From NCBI GenBank assembly GCA_002780005.1, contig PEWV01000071.1, forward strand, positions 2,188-66,187: a DNA stretch of 64,000 nt, read 5' to 3'. The first letter of the stretch is position 1; every line of letters begins with the position of its first letter. This DNA is from Candidatus Aquitaenariimonas noxiae (GTDB taxonomy: Bacteria; Omnitrophota; Gorgyraeia; Aquitaenariimonadales; Aquitaenariimonadaceae). The notes below the pieces were generated by a model. That model was given only the letters and a program-made list of their open reading frames with translations. It was not told the DNA's origin and searched no databases. Of this stretch, positions 1 to 10,414 are shown piece after piece. The position numbers were made by a program, and so were the translations under genes.

Positions 1-2
1 AA

Positions 3-1106
3 AACTGGTTTGATTTCAAATACGATGACGCGGCTTTACTTAAGCCATTAAGCGAGTTACGGATTTTACAGGGGAAGTTATTGGGCCGTGTTGCGTCCCT
101 TGACATTAAACTTGAAACCGAGGCGCAGGCTGATGTTTTGGTTGAAGAAGCTATTCGTACCGCGGGAATAGAAGGGCAGAAACTTAACCGGGATGCGGTT
201 CGATCGTCAGTGGCAATGAGGCTTGGTTTGCCCAAGGGTGTTGGTGCGCAGGACAGAAATGTTGATGGCCTTGTAGATATTTTGTTAGACGCTGTGCGTT
301 TTCATAATAAACCATTAACATTAGAAAGGATTAACGGTTGGCATGCGGCATTATTTCCTTTGGGCTATTCGGGATTAAGAAAGATCAAGGCGGGGAAACT
401 GCGTGGCGATGAGCCAATGCAGGTAGTGTCTGGACCAATTGGCAAAGAAAAGGTGCATTTTCAGGCGCCGCCAAAGGAACAACTTGATAGAGAGATGCGA
501 CTTTTTCTGAAATGGTGGCATTCCTCATATGGTCATGCGGACGGCATCTTGCGTGCAGCAGCAGTTCATTTGCGCTTTGTGACACTTCACCCTTACGAGG
601 ATGGTAATGGGCGTTTGGCACGGGCGTTGACCGATATGGCTTTAGCGCAAGATGAAAAATTGAAAGTTAGATTTTATAGTGTATCTTCCGAGATTATGAA
701 GATGAGAAATGAATATTACAGGATCTTAGAGAGTGTACAAAGAGGCCGCGTTGATACGACAGAATGGTATTTATGGTTTATTAAATGCGTTACTGCGTCT
801 ATTGAACATTCCCAGGATATTATTGCCAATGTGCTTACGCGGGTTGACTTTTGGAATCAACATGCTCAAACACTATTAAATGAACGCCAAAAGAAAGTAA
901 TCAATCGCATTTTGGAAGCTGGATATGGTAATTTTACAGGCGGCCTTACGACTCGTAAATATGTAAGCGTAGCAAAGACAAGCCGCGCTACGGCATTTCG
1001 CGAAATTGCGGATATGCTTGATAAGAAGATCCTGCACCAATTACCCGGTAAAGGCCGCAGCGTACATTATGACTTAATCTGGCCGCGGAAGAATGAAGAT
1101 GAATAA
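3..1106 (+). CDS. Fic family protein (DUF4172 N-terminus, Fic domain, C-terminal wHTH); 5'-truncated by window edge
   Basis: Frame is open from base 3 (NWFDFKYDDAALLKPLSELRILQGKLLGR), so the true start lies upstream of the window. Intact Fic motif HPYEDGNGRLAR. TAGIEG matches the (S/T)xxxE(G/N) autoinhibitory motif. Confidence 0.9.
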   Translation, partial: NWFDFKYDDAALLKPLSELRILQGKLLGRVASLDIKLETEAQADVLVEEAIRTAGIEGQKLNRDAVRSSVAMRLGLPKGVGAQDRNVDGLVDILLDAVRFHNKPLTLERINGWHAALFPLGYSGLRKIKAGKLRGDEPMQVVSGPIGKEKVHFQAPPKEQLDREMRLFLKWWHSSYGHADGILRAAAVHLRFVTLHPYEDGNGRLARALTDMALAQDEKLKVRFYSVSSEIMKMRNEYYRILESVQRGRVDTTEWYLWFIKCVTASIEHSQDIIANVLTRVDFWNQHAQTLLNERQKKVINRILEAGYGNFTGGLTTRKYVSVAKTSRATAFREIADMLDKKILHQLPGKGRSVHYDLIWPRKNEDE

Positions 1107-2409
1107 TAAAATATTTATCCGGACTTTCGGATGCAAGATGAATTCTCGAGATACGGAGCTTGTTTATGGGCTCTTGCTGGAGAATGGGTATGGGAAGGCC
1201 GACTCGGCCGAAAATGCGGATATCATATTGTTCAATACCTGCTCGGTCAGAAAGCATGCCGAAGACAGGGTGTATGGGCAAGCTTTACTCTTGAGGAAAT
1301 GGAAAAGAAAAAATCCGAACGCGGTCTTAGGCGTTATCGGCTGCATGGCTCAAAACCACAAGGAGAAGATCTTTGATAAACTTCCGCACGTGGATTTTGT
1401 ATGCGGGCCGGCAAATATATATGAGATACCGGAATTAATAAAGAAGGCGCTATCCCGACGCGGGCACTTGCTGGCTTTGGATAGAAGGCAGAGGCCAAAC
1501 GTAGGGCAGCCTGCATGTCGCGAAAGCGATGTTTCGGCCAGTGTTTCCATAAGCGAAGGATGCGACAACTTTTGCGCATACTGTATTGTTCCGTACGTGA
1601 GAGGCAGGGAGCAGAGCCGTTCCGAAAAGTTAATTCTGGACGAAATAAAGAATTTGGCGGATCTGGGCTATAAGGAAGTTGTGCTGCTGGGCCAGAATGT
1701 TAATTCGTACAAAAGCGGCCGAGTGAACGGTTTTGTTAAGCTGCTGGAAGATATTAATAAAATAAAAGGCATCGAGAGGATCCGGTTCATGACTTCGCAT
1801 CCGAAGGATGCATCACCCAGATTGTTTAAGGCCATGCGGGACATGGAGAAGGTCTGCGAACATTTACATTTGCCATTACAGTCAGGGTCTGATAGAATAT
1901 TAAAACGAATGAGAAGAGGGTATGGAACCGCAAAATATTTGAAGCTGGTAGAAAGTTTTAGAAAAATATTACCTGGCTCAAGCATAACGACAGATATAAT
2001 TGTAGGTTTTCCCGGTGAGACAGAGAAAGATTTCGATAGGACTTACAAAATAATTGAAAAAGTGAAATTTGACAGTGCTTTTATTTTTAAATATTCTCCA
2101 AGGCCTCCGGCAAAGGCGTCTGGATATCCGGATGATGTGCCGCCTGATACCAAAGCGGGGAGGAATCAAGCCCTTTTAAAGCTGCAGGAGAATGTCTCGC
2201 GCAGAATAAATGAAAGCTTGGTCGGAAAGAACTTAGAGGTGCTTGTCGAAGCGGAAAATAGCCCGGGTAAGATAGAAACCCTTTGGGGGAGGACGAGGAC
2301 TAACAAAGTCGCCGTTTTTGGCGGTGAGCTAAATTTATTGAAAAAACTTATTAACATCAGGGTGAAAAGCGTTACACCATACACCTTGGTTGGAGAAAAA
2401 CTATCATGA
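1093..2409 (+). CDS. miaB: tRNA-2-methylthio-N6-dimethylallyladenosine synthase MiaB
   Basis: UPF0004 Cys motifs TFGCKMN, NTCSVR and GCMAQ; radical SAM CDNFCAYC; C-terminal TRAM region GRTRTNK; close to miaA. Confidence 0.95.
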   Translation: MKMNNKIFIRTFGCKMNSRDTELVYGLLLENGYGKADSAENADIILFNTCSVRKHAEDRVYGQALLLRKWKRKNPNAVLGVIGCMAQNHKEKIFDKLPHVDFVCGPANIYEIPELIKKALSRRGHLLALDRRQRPNVGQPACRESDVSASVSISEGCDNFCAYCIVPYVRGREQSRSEKLILDEIKNLADLGYKEVVLLGQNVNSYKSGRVNGFVKLLEDINKIKGIERIRFMTSHPKDASPRLFKAMRDMEKVCEHLHLPLQSGSDRILKRMRRGYGTAKYLKLVESFRKILPGSSITTDIIVGFPGETEKDFDRTYKIIEKVKFDSAFIFKYSPRPPAKASGYPDDVPPDTKAGRNQALLKLQENVSRRINESLVGKNLEVLVEAENSPGKIETLWGRTRTNKVAVFGGELNLLKKLINIRVKSVTPYTLVGEKLS

Positions 2410-3257
2410 AAAAAGTTTATGCAATAATTTGCGTTTTTTTGTTAACATCGGTAATACAGCCGGAAAAGCTTTTAGCAATCGGTACATTTTCTGGAGTTTC
2501 ATGGGAAGAGGAGGAAAAGAGAGAGTTTAGCTACAGGCAAGACAGGGCGCTTAACGAAATAGAAGATGCATTCTTAAAGGGCGATTACTTGGGCGCAGTA
2601 AAAAAATGCGATGATATTCTATATCTTTCCAAGCGTTATCGAAGCAGGAAAAACACCCAGGATAAATTTTATTATTTTGCCGGTATTGCGTACCTTAAGC
2701 TTGATAACCCGGCAAAAGCCAAACTATATCTTAATAACATAATAAGAGAGGGCAAAAGAAGCGATTTAGCGCCGGATGCTTGCCTAGCTTTTGCCGAGGC
2801 TTATTTCCTTGAAGAAAATTACGACGAGGCGGCCAAATGCTTACTAGAATATACAAAAACTTACCCTACCAATAATTCTTTGCCCGAAGCCTATCTCAAG
2901 CTGGGACAAGTTTACCAAAAGATGGGCAGATGGGAAGAGTCGAAGTTTTATTTTGATAGGATAAAAAAAGATTTCCCTTTGAGTTTTGAAGCCAGTCTTG
3001 CGCCATCTACTTCCTCATCGAACGGCGAGAATTTCTTTTTCTCGGTCCAGTTAGGCGTGTTTAATAATTTGGATAATGCAAAAAAGTTAAAAAAGGATCT
3101 GGAAGATAAGGGGTACTTTCCTTATATAGTGGAAGTTAAGAGTGAAGGTGAAACATCTTACAGATTGAGAGTGGGCAAGCTTAAATCAAAAACTGAAGCA
3201 GAAAGTTTAGCTAGCGAACTCAAAAAGAAAGGTTTTGATACAAAGGTTTGTCCTTGA
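2406..3257 (+). CDS. Exported TPR-repeat protein with C-terminal SPOR (peptidoglycan-binding) domain
   Basis: Signal-peptide-like N-terminus, TPR helices (YLKLGQVYQKMGRWEES), SPOR motif SVQLGVF...NA...YRLRVG. Confidence 0.85.
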   Translation: MKKVYAIICVFLLTSVIQPEKLLAIGTFSGVSWEEEEKREFSYRQDRALNEIEDAFLKGDYLGAVKKCDDILYLSKRYRSRKNTQDKFYYFAGIAYLKLDNPAKAKLYLNNIIREGKRSDLAPDACLAFAEAYFLEENYDEAAKCLLEYTKTYPTNNSLPEAYLKLGQVYQKMGRWEESKFYFDRIKKDFPLSFEASLAPSTSSSNGENFFFSVQLGVFNNLDNAKKLKKDLEDKGYFPYIVEVKSEGETSYRLRVGKLKSKTEAESLASELKKKGFDTKVCP

Positions 3258-3267
3258 AGCCTTGTTC

Positions 3268-4194
3268 ATGAATAAGATTTTATTTATTATCGGCCCAACA
3301 GCCTCGGGTAAATCCGGCGCAGCTATTAAGCTTGCCAAAAAGATAAATGCTGAGATAATTTCTTGCGATTCCATGCAAGTATATAAAGGCATGGATATAT
3401 TAAGCCAAAAGCCATTATCCCACCAAATGGCATCAGTTTCGCATTATATGATAAGCGTGATAAGCCCGAATAAAGAATTTAGCGTCGCGGATTATAAAAG
3501 CAAAGTCGAAGGCATAATAAGAAAAATCCATATGAGAGGCAAATTGCCTCTTATAGTTGGAGGAAGCGGTCTTTATGTAAAGGCCTTAGTGGACGGGCTG
3601 CTTATATCGAAGCCTAAGGATACAAAATTGCGCGATAAGCTTTTTGCTTTATCCAAAAAATACGGGAATAAGTATCTTTACAATAGGCTCAAAAAAGTCG
3701 ATCCTAATGCAGCTAAAAATATTCATCCTAATAATACGAGGCGGGTGATAAGGGCCTTGGAAGTCTACAAAACTTCCGGCACGCCTATATCGGTAATGAA
3801 GACTAAAACTTATGGCTTAGCGTCAAAATATGATATAAAGATATTTGGATTAAAACGCGATCGCGAGAACTTGTATGATAGAATAAATAAAAGGGTGGAT
3901 AACATGCTTAAAAGCGGCTTGCTGGATGAAGTGGAAAGGCTTAAAAGGAAGAAGATCAGCCTGACGGCGAAAGCCGCGCTTGGTTATAAAGAAATCGGCG
4001 GATACTTGGACGGCAGCTATGACCAGGAAGAAGCCGTAGAGTTGTTGAAGCGCAATACCCGCCGCTTTGCAAAACGGCAAATCACATGGTTTAAGAAAGA
4101 CCCGAGCATAACGTGGATAGAAGTTGCTAAAGATGATACTGCAGATAAAATCGTAAACAAAATTATGAAGCATTTGACCGCAATTAAACACTAA
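3268..4194 (+). CDS. miaA: tRNA dimethylallyltransferase MiaA
   Basis: [34 protein letters not shown] and [12 protein letters not shown] motifs. Start reassigned to ATG 3268. Confidence 0.95.
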   Translation: MNKILFIIGPTASGKSGAAIKLAKKINAEIISCDSMQVYKGMDILSQKPLSHQMASVSHYMISVISPNKEFSVADYKSKVEGIIRKIHMRGKLPLIVGGSGLYVKALVDGLLISKPKDTKLRDKLFALSKKYGNKYLYNRLKKVDPNAAKNIHPNNTRRVIRALEVYKTSGTPISVMKTKTYGLASKYDIKIFGLKRDRENLYDRINKRVDNMLKSGLLDEVERLKRKKISLTAKAALGYKEIGGYLDGSYDQEEAVELLKRNTRRFAKRQITWFKKDPSITWIEVAKDDTADKIVNKIMKHLTAIKH

Positions 4195-4199
4195 ATTTT

Positions 4200-5465
4200 A
4201 TGATAGAAAAATCAATTATCGTTACGGCTTGTCAGGCAAAGCCCTCCGGTTGGAACCCCCAAGACCTTTCGGAGGAATTACGAAATTTAGCTATTTCGTG
4301 CGGCGCAAAAGTAGCAGGCGAAATCATATGTAATATAAAAGAAATTTCACCGGCAACTTATATCGGAAAAGGGAAGGTTACGGACATAGCGTTACTTGCC
4401 GAAGAAAAAGGAGCTGATCTAGTCATTTTTAATAATGACCTTACGGGAAGTCAGCAAAAAAATCTAGAAGATGTAATAGGGTTGAAAACAATTGATAGGA
4501 CCCAGCTTATTTTAGATGTCTTCGCCGAAAGAGCCAAATCGAGCGAAGGGAAGATCCAGGTCGAGCTTGCCCAACTCGAATATTTGCTGCCCCGCCTTAC
4601 CGGTAAAGGTATAGCGCTATCCAGGTTGGGGGGAGGAATAGGAACTAGCGGCCCCGGCGAACAAAAACTCGAAATGGATAGACGAAAAATAAAAGAAAGG
4701 ATAGCAAAATTAAAAAGCGACCTTCTAAAGCTGACAAGTCAAAGGGCCATGCGTAAAAAAAAGCGGGAAGGCTTTTCCCTCTCCACTATCGCTATAATAG
4801 GCTATACAAATGCCGGCAAGTCCACACTGCTGAATTCATTGACAAATTCAAATGTTATAACCGGGGATAAGCTTTTTAGCACCCTGGACCCGACGATAAG
4901 GGCATTTGTTTTGCCGAATAATCAGAAAGTTTTATTCGTAGATACAGTCGGGTTTTTAAACGGCCTGCCGCACCATCTGATAGAGGCGTTTAAAGCAACC
5001 TTAGAGGAGGTCGTGGAGGCTGATATGCTCTTGCACATAGTTGACGTAAGCCACCCGATGGTTATCGCTCAAAACGCTGCCGTGCGTGAAGTTCTTATAA
5101 AACTGGGCGCAGAACAGAAGCCGACCATAATCGCATTAAACAAAACGGATAAAATACATGACGTTTTTATGCTGAAACGTTTTCAGAAAACTTTTGAAAA
5201 AAGCATACCTATATCAGCCTTAAATAAGGAGGGTTTTAAAGAGTTGGTCGACTCAATAACCAGGGAACTCTCTTTCCTAATAGCAGAGGTAAAGCTTACC
5301 ATCCCGCACGACCAGATGAAAATTTTAAGCCTTATACACGAGCATGGCCAAGTGATCACTAAAAAATTTACGGATTCAGGGGTTTACGTAGAGGCGAAAA
5401 TACCGATAAAACTACGGGACCAATTGATGGCGCATAATTTTATAAATCAAGGCAAAAAGGCTTGA
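4200..5465 (+). CDS. hflX: Ribosome-splitting GTPase HflX
   Basis: [34 protein letters not shown] and NKTD motifs. Confidence 0.95.
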   Translation: MIEKSIIVTACQAKPSGWNPQDLSEELRNLAISCGAKVAGEIICNIKEISPATYIGKGKVTDIALLAEEKGADLVIFNNDLTGSQQKNLEDVIGLKTIDRTQLILDVFAERAKSSEGKIQVELAQLEYLLPRLTGKGIALSRLGGGIGTSGPGEQKLEMDRRKIKERIAKLKSDLLKLTSQRAMRKKKREGFSLSTIAIIGYTNAGKSTLLNSLTNSNVITGDKLFSTLDPTIRAFVLPNNQKVLFVDTVGFLNGLPHHLIEAFKATLEEVVEADMLLHIVDVSHPMVIAQNAAVREVLIKLGAEQKPTIIALNKTDKIHDVFMLKRFQKTFEKSIPISALNKEGFKELVDSITRELSFLIAEVKLTIPHDQMKILSLIHEHGQVITKKFTDSGVYVEAKIPIKLRDQLMAHNFINQGKKA

Positions 5466-5489
5466 CAAAAATAAATTATGTGTTAGAAT
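5462..5489 (+). promoter_or_regulatory. sigma70-type promoter of the heat-shock operon
   Basis: TTGACA (5462-5467), 16-nt spacer, extended -10 TGn-TAGAAT (5481-5489), directly upstream of CIRCE. Confidence 0.8.
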
Positions 5490-5495
5490 GAATAA

Positions 5496-5522
5496 TTAGC
5501 ACTCGGGTCATTAGAGTGCTAA
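5496..5522 (+). promoter_or_regulatory. CIRCE operator (HrcA binding site)
   Basis: Perfect TTAGCACTC-N9-GAGTGCTAA immediately upstream of hrcA. Confidence 0.98.
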
Positions 5523-5572
5523 TTTTGTACTCAGCCATATTCTCTTTAAAATTAAATTAAGGACAATGTAAA

Positions 5573-6610
5573 GTGGTGAATGAGAAAGATAAAAGAATCA
5601 GGGAAGAAAGGGTATTGGAGATAGTGATTCAGTCCTATATCCTTACGGGAACCCCGGTTAGCTCTAGATACGTGTCTAGGAAATTAGACCTATCCAGCGC
5701 TACCATTCGAAACATAATGGCCGATTTGGAAGATACCGGGTTTATAAACCATCCTCACACATCTGCCGGCAGGGTGCCTACGGATAAGGGGTATAGGCTT
5801 TATGTCGACTCTTTGATGCGGCTTAAAAAGATTGCGGATAAGGAAATAGATGCGATAAGGGCCGAATATCGTTCCAAGTTAAAATCACTGGAAGACATGT
5901 TTGAGAAAACCGCGCATATATTATCAAATGTTACGAATTGCGCCGGTTTAATATTATTCCAAAACGAAGAGCAGGGGTTTCTTAAGCATATTAATTTGGT
6001 GCTTTTATCGAAAAAGAACGTACTCGTATCTTTGGAATTAAAGACAGGATTCATAAAAGACTATATAATCGAAATAGATTATCCGGCGGCGCAAATTTTA
6101 TTGGATGAAATATCGAATTTTCTGAATAAAGAACTTTATAATATGACCCTCAAGGAGATTAAGGATTATCTGGTCAAAAATCTAGAAGAAGAGAGGGAGG
6201 TGTCTTATAGGCTTGTAGAAACGGCGTACGAGATAATGGTGGCCATTTTAATGGAAGGATTGCACAAAAAGCTTTATTTCGACGGCACTAGCCACATTCT
6301 TGCGTACCCGGAATTTAAGGATCAGCGGAAGCTGGAAAGCGTCTTGAAATTTTTTGAAGACAGGGAAACAATTTCCAACATTTTATCCGGTGATTTGGAG
6401 GATGATAATTTAAAGATTTATATAGGCAGCGAAAGCGGAATACACGGCTTTGACGAACTAAGCTTGATAACCGCAGGTTTTAAGTTTAGCGACAAGAATG
6501 CCGGCAAACTAGGGGTGATAGGCCCGACAAGGATGGATTACGACAGGGTCGTCCCGATAGTTGACTTGCTTTCAAATGCGTTGACTAAAATCTTGTCATT
6601 TAACGAGTAA
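5573..6610 (+). CDS. hrcA: Heat-inducible transcription repressor HrcA
   Basis: SSATIRNIMADLE, HPHTSAGRVPTDKGYR and GVIGPTRMDY motifs; CIRCE upstream. Confidence 0.97.
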   Translation: MVNEKDKRIREERVLEIVIQSYILTGTPVSSRYVSRKLDLSSATIRNIMADLEDTGFINHPHTSAGRVPTDKGYRLYVDSLMRLKKIADKEIDAIRAEYRSKLKSLEDMFEKTAHILSNVTNCAGLILFQNEEQGFLKHINLVLLSKKNVLVSLELKTGFIKDYIIEIDYPAAQILLDEISNFLNKELYNMTLKEIKDYLVKNLEEEREVSYRLVETAYEIMVAILMEGLHKKLYFDGTSHILAYPEFKDQRKLESVLKFFEDRETISNILSGDLEDDNLKIYIGSESGIHGFDELSLITAGFKFSDKNAGKLGVIGPTRMDYDRVVPIVDLLSNALTKILSFNE

Positions 6611-6615
6611 AAAGT

Positions 6616-7248
6616 ATGAAAAAACGCGCAAAAGAAATACATAACATTCTGGCTGAAGGCCCATCAGGATCGCCAGGGGAACCCGTTAAAAATGGAGGGA
6701 GCCCTGAGAAGCTGCGCGAAAAGCATAAGGCAGCGGGCGAAGAAGTAGTGATGACCAACGAAGAGTATGAGCTCTTAAAAGTTCGCGCTGAAGAAAGGGA
6801 CAAATTCTACGATAAATATGTGCGCTCTCAGGCCGAATTTGAAAACGCCCTAAAGCGATTCGACAGGGAGAAGGAGTCGATTTTAAAATATGCCAACGAA
6901 GGCTTTATTTCTGATTTTTTGCCTATTGTCGACAGTTTGGAGATGTCGGAAAGGCATATAAAAGAGGCGAAAGATTTTGAGGCTGTCAGGGTAGGTGTCG
7001 ATATGATCCACGGCCAGATCCAGAAGTTCCTAAAAGAGCTCGGCGTTGAGCGCATAAAAAGCGTGGGAGAAAAATTAGATCCTAATATCCATGACGTTGT
7101 AGATATTGTGGAATCGGATGACATGGAGGAGGGGATTATTGTTGAAGAGTTAAAAGCCGGCTATAAGCTAAACGGTAAAGTAATTAGGCCGGCAGCTGTT
7201 AAAGTTGTAAAGAAAAAGTCAAAAGCAGAAAATAACAATATTAATTAG
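6616..7248 (+). CDS. grpE: Nucleotide exchange factor GrpE
   Basis: AEFEN..KR, DPNIHD and GYKLNGKVIRPAAVKV motifs; operon position. Confidence 0.95.
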   Translation: MKKRAKEIHNILAEGPSGSPGEPVKNGGSPEKLREKHKAAGEEVVMTNEEYELLKVRAEERDKFYDKYVRSQAEFENALKRFDREKESILKYANEGFISDFLPIVDSLEMSERHIKEAKDFEAVRVGVDMIHGQIQKFLKELGVERIKSVGEKLDPNIHDVVDIVESDDMEEGIIVEELKAGYKLNGKVIRPAAVKVVKKKSKAENNNIN

Positions 7249-7334
7249 TTAGCAGAGCCTGCGCAGCTAAATATCCTATGACTATGCGGGCGTTTGTGTT
7301 ATACTAATAAACCAGTTTTGTAAGGAGGTGTTTT

Positions 7335-9242
7335 ATGGCTAGGATAATAGGAATCGATTTGGGTACTTCAAATTCAGCAGCGGCAACGCTGGAGGCCGGC
7401 AGGCCGGTTATCATACCGAGCGCTGAAGGCGCAGGCGTGGCGAGCGGGAAGGCATTCCCTTCAGTAGTCGCATTTACGAAAGACGGTCAACGTTTGGTTG
7501 GTGAGCCGGCCAAGCGGCAGGCTTCAGTAAACCCTGAAGGCACAGTTCAGGCGGCAAAACGTAAAATGGGAACAGATTTTGCGTATAAAATAGGCAATAA
7601 AGAATATACCCCGCAGCAAATATCAGCTTTTATATTGCAAAAGATCAAGCAGGATGCCGAAAGTTATCTAGGTGATAAGGTTGAAGAGGTAGTTATTACA
7701 TGCCCGGCGTACTTTAACGATAACCAGCGGCAGGCCACTAAAGATGCCGGAGAAATTGCCGGGTTAAAAGTTTTAAGAATCATAAACGAACCCACAGCAG
7801 CTTGTCTTGCTTATGGGTTGGATAAGGCCGGAAAAGAGCAAAAGATAATGGTTTTTGATCTGGGCGGAGGGACCTTGGATGTCACGATACTGGAGATGGG
7901 TTGGGACGACGAGCATAAAGCGGCAACGTTTGAGGTTAAGTCAACAAACGGCGATACACAGCTCGGCGGTACGGATATGGATAGCGTTCTCATCGATTAT
8001 GTATGCAATGAATTCAAGAAGGAATCCGGCATAGACTTAAGAAAAGACAAAATGGCCATGCAGCGAATCCGCGAAGCGGTGGAAAAGGCAAAGGTTGAAC
8101 TTTCCAGCACGCTAAATACTGATTTAAACCTGCCTTTTATCACAGCCGACGCGACAGGGCCGAAGCATTTAACACTTTCGATCAATAGGGCCAAACTTGA
8201 AGAGTTGATCGGCTCCATTATTGAGAAATGCCAAGCCCCTTTAGAAAACGCACTTTCCGACGCCGGGCTTACAAGCAAGAATATCGATAAGGTAATTCTG
8301 GTCGGAGGCCCGACAAGGATGCCGATAGTGCAAAAATTCGTAGAAGACTACGTCGGGAAAAAGATAGAGCGCGGCGTTGATCCTATGGAATGCGTGGCAA
8401 TGGGCGCTGCTATTCAGGCCGGAATTATCAAAGGTGACGCTAAGGATGTTCTTTTGCTGGATGTCACGCCGCTTTCGCTCGGTATAGAGACCCTCGGCAG
8501 CGTGTGCACGAAATTGATAGAAAGGAATACCACGATACCGACCAAGAAAAGTCAGGTATTTTCTACTGCCGCCGACAATCAGACGGCCGTCACGATCAGG
8601 GTTTTGCAGGGCGAGCGGCAAATGGCTGACGATAATGTTGAGCTCGGAAGGTTCGATTTGCTTGGCATACCACCTGCGCCGCGCGGTATTCCGCAAATAG
8701 AGGTTACATTCGACATAGATACCAACGGAATAGTGCACGTTCACGCGAAAGATCTGGGCACGGGCAAGGAGCAATCAATAAAGATAACCGCGCCAAAAAA
8801 ATTGTCGAAAGAAGAAATCGACAAGATGATAAGAGAGGCTGAGAAATTTACAAATGAGGACACCAGGAGAAAGGAAGAGGTTGATATAAGGAATCAAGCC
8901 GACACGCTTTTATATACTACGGAAAAATCGTTCAAGGAATACGGAGATAAAATAGACGATGCGGAGCGAAAGAATATCGAGAGCAAGCTTGGCGAGTTAA
9001 AAGAAGCGTTAAAAGGCAAGGATACGGAAAAGATAAAGAAATCCATGGAGGAGCTGACAAAGGCTTCGCATAAGATAGCCGAGGAAATCTATAAGACAGC
9101 CCGGACAAAGCAGCAGTCTCAACAAGGGCCTCAAAAAAAAGGATCTGAAGAAAAATCTAGAGGTGAAAGCCGTGGGCAGGGTTCCGGCAAAAAAGATGAA
9201 GATGTGATTGATGCCGATTACAAAGTAGAAGACGATAAATAA
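7335..9242 (+). CDS. dnaK: Chaperone DnaK (Hsp70), archaeal-like sequence type
   Basis: [29 protein letters not shown] and [14 protein letters not shown] motifs; strong RBS AAGGAGGTG. Confidence 0.98.
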   Translation: MARIIGIDLGTSNSAAATLEAGRPVIIPSAEGAGVASGKAFPSVVAFTKDGQRLVGEPAKRQASVNPEGTVQAAKRKMGTDFAYKIGNKEYTPQQISAFILQKIKQDAESYLGDKVEEVVITCPAYFNDNQRQATKDAGEIAGLKVLRIINEPTAACLAYGLDKAGKEQKIMVFDLGGGTLDVTILEMGWDDEHKAATFEVKSTNGDTQLGGTDMDSVLIDYVCNEFKKESGIDLRKDKMAMQRIREAVEKAKVELSSTLNTDLNLPFITADATGPKHLTLSINRAKLEELIGSIIEKCQAPLENALSDAGLTSKNIDKVILVGGPTRMPIVQKFVEDYVGKKIERGVDPMECVAMGAAIQAGIIKGDAKDVLLLDVTPLSLGIETLGSVCTKLIERNTTIPTKKSQVFSTAADNQTAVTIRVLQGERQMADDNVELGRFDLLGIPPAPRGIPQIEVTFDIDTNGIVHVHAKDLGTGKEQSIKITAPKKLSKEEIDKMIREAEKFTNEDTRRKEEVDIRNQADTLLYTTEKSFKEYGDKIDDAERKNIESKLGELKEALKGKDTEKIKKSMEELTKASHKIAEEIYKTARTKQQSQQGPQKKGSEEKSRGESRGQGSGKKDEDVIDADYKVEDDK

Positions 9243-9248
9243 GATAAA

Positions 9249-10406
9249 ATGGCGAGACACGATTACTATGAAGTTCTAAAAGTAGGAAAAAATGCGAGCC
9301 CTGACGAAATAAAAAAGGCTTACAGGAACCTTGCCTTGAAGCATCATCCTGACAGGGTGTCGCCGGATAAAAAAAATGAAGCCGAGGAGCGTTTCAAAGA
9401 AATCTCGGAGGCGTATGAGGTTTTAAGCGACCCACAAAAAAGGTCTACATATGACCAGTTCGGTCATGCAGGCTTAGAAGGCGCGTTTAGAGGAGGCGGT
9501 TTCAATTGGTCAGACTTTACCCACTTTGACGACCTCCGAGACATATTCAGCGGTTTCGGTCTTGATGACCTCCTGAGCGGTTTTGGCATGAATACCGATT
9601 TTTTCGGAAGCGGATCAAGCCAGCGAAGGAGCCAACGAGGATTTGACTTACAAAGCGACCTTGAAATTTCGTTTGAAGACGCGGTTTTAGGGGCAGAGAA
9701 GAATATCGCAATCGAGCGACATGAGGCGTGCAGCGCATGCGAAGGCACAGGCGCAAAGCCCGGATCAAAGAAAAAAAAATGCGACGTGTGCGGTGGCTCA
9801 GGCCGGATAACAAGAGGGGGAGGTTTTTTTAGCATAGTGACAACCTGTGATAAATGCGGCGGTGAAGGTTCTTTAATAACAAGCCCGTGCAGCAAATGCA
9901 ACGGCTCAGGAATGGAAAGGGCCAACCGTAATATAAAGTTGCGCGTTCCTCCCGGCGTCGCAGACGGGATGCGCTTGAGGATTTCGGGCGAAGGTGAAGC
10001 CGGCTTGAGGGGAGGCAAACGCGGAGATCTGTATGTTACATTGACAGTCAAACCCCACCCGATATTTGAAAGAAATGGAAATGATATAATTTGCAAAGTT
10101 CCGATAACTTTTTCGCAGGCTGTGTTTGGAGCTGAGATTGAAATTCCGATCATTGATTCTAAAGTATCCATGAAAATTCCTCCGGGAACACAGAGCGGAA
10201 AAGTGTTCCGGTTGCGCAATAAAGGGATAGCACGTTTAGGCGATTACGGAAAAGGAGACGAGCTAGTTGAGGTTTTTGTGGAAGTGCCGGCAAATCTGAA
10301 TAAGGAACAAAAGGAGTTATTGAAAAAATTTTCCGAATCATGCGGTGAAGATACTAATCCAATGGCGAAATCGTTTATGCAAAAAATAAAACAATTCTTT
10401 AAATAA
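9249..10406 (+). CDS. dnaJ: Chaperone DnaJ
   Basis: J domain with HPD, G/F-rich region and four CxxCxGxG repeats. Confidence 0.97.
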   Translation: MARHDYYEVLKVGKNASPDEIKKAYRNLALKHHPDRVSPDKKNEAEERFKEISEAYEVLSDPQKRSTYDQFGHAGLEGAFRGGGFNWSDFTHFDDLRDIFSGFGLDDLLSGFGMNTDFFGSGSSQRRSQRGFDLQSDLEISFEDAVLGAEKNIAIERHEACSACEGTGAKPGSKKKKCDVCGGSGRITRGGGFFSIVTTCDKCGGEGSLITSPCSKCNGSGMERANRNIKLRVPPGVADGMRLRISGEGEAGLRGGKRGDLYVTLTVKPHPIFERNGNDIICKVPITFSQAVFGAEIEIPIIDSKVSMKIPPGTQSGKVFRLRNKGIARLGDYGKGDELVEVFVEVPANLNKEQKELLKKFSESCGEDTNPMAKSFMQKIKQFFK

Positions 10407-10414
10407 GGATAAAA

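Noticed and set aside
4194-4200. Absence of hfq between miaA and hflX
   Set aside because: Common outside Proteobacteria/Firmicutes; not informative.
7249-7270. TTAGC...GCTAA between grpE and dnaK as a second CIRCE
   Set aside because: The arms match only 5-6 of 9 bases and the total length is 22 rather than 27 nt. At most an mRNA hairpin.
9464-10219. 251-aa antisense ORF opposite dnaJ (and the 177-aa ORF 8241-8774 opposite dnaK)
   Set aside because: Shadow ORFs on the reverse strand of conserved chaperone genes, with no recognisable motifs or RBS. The same applies to the other short minus-strand ORFs in the track.
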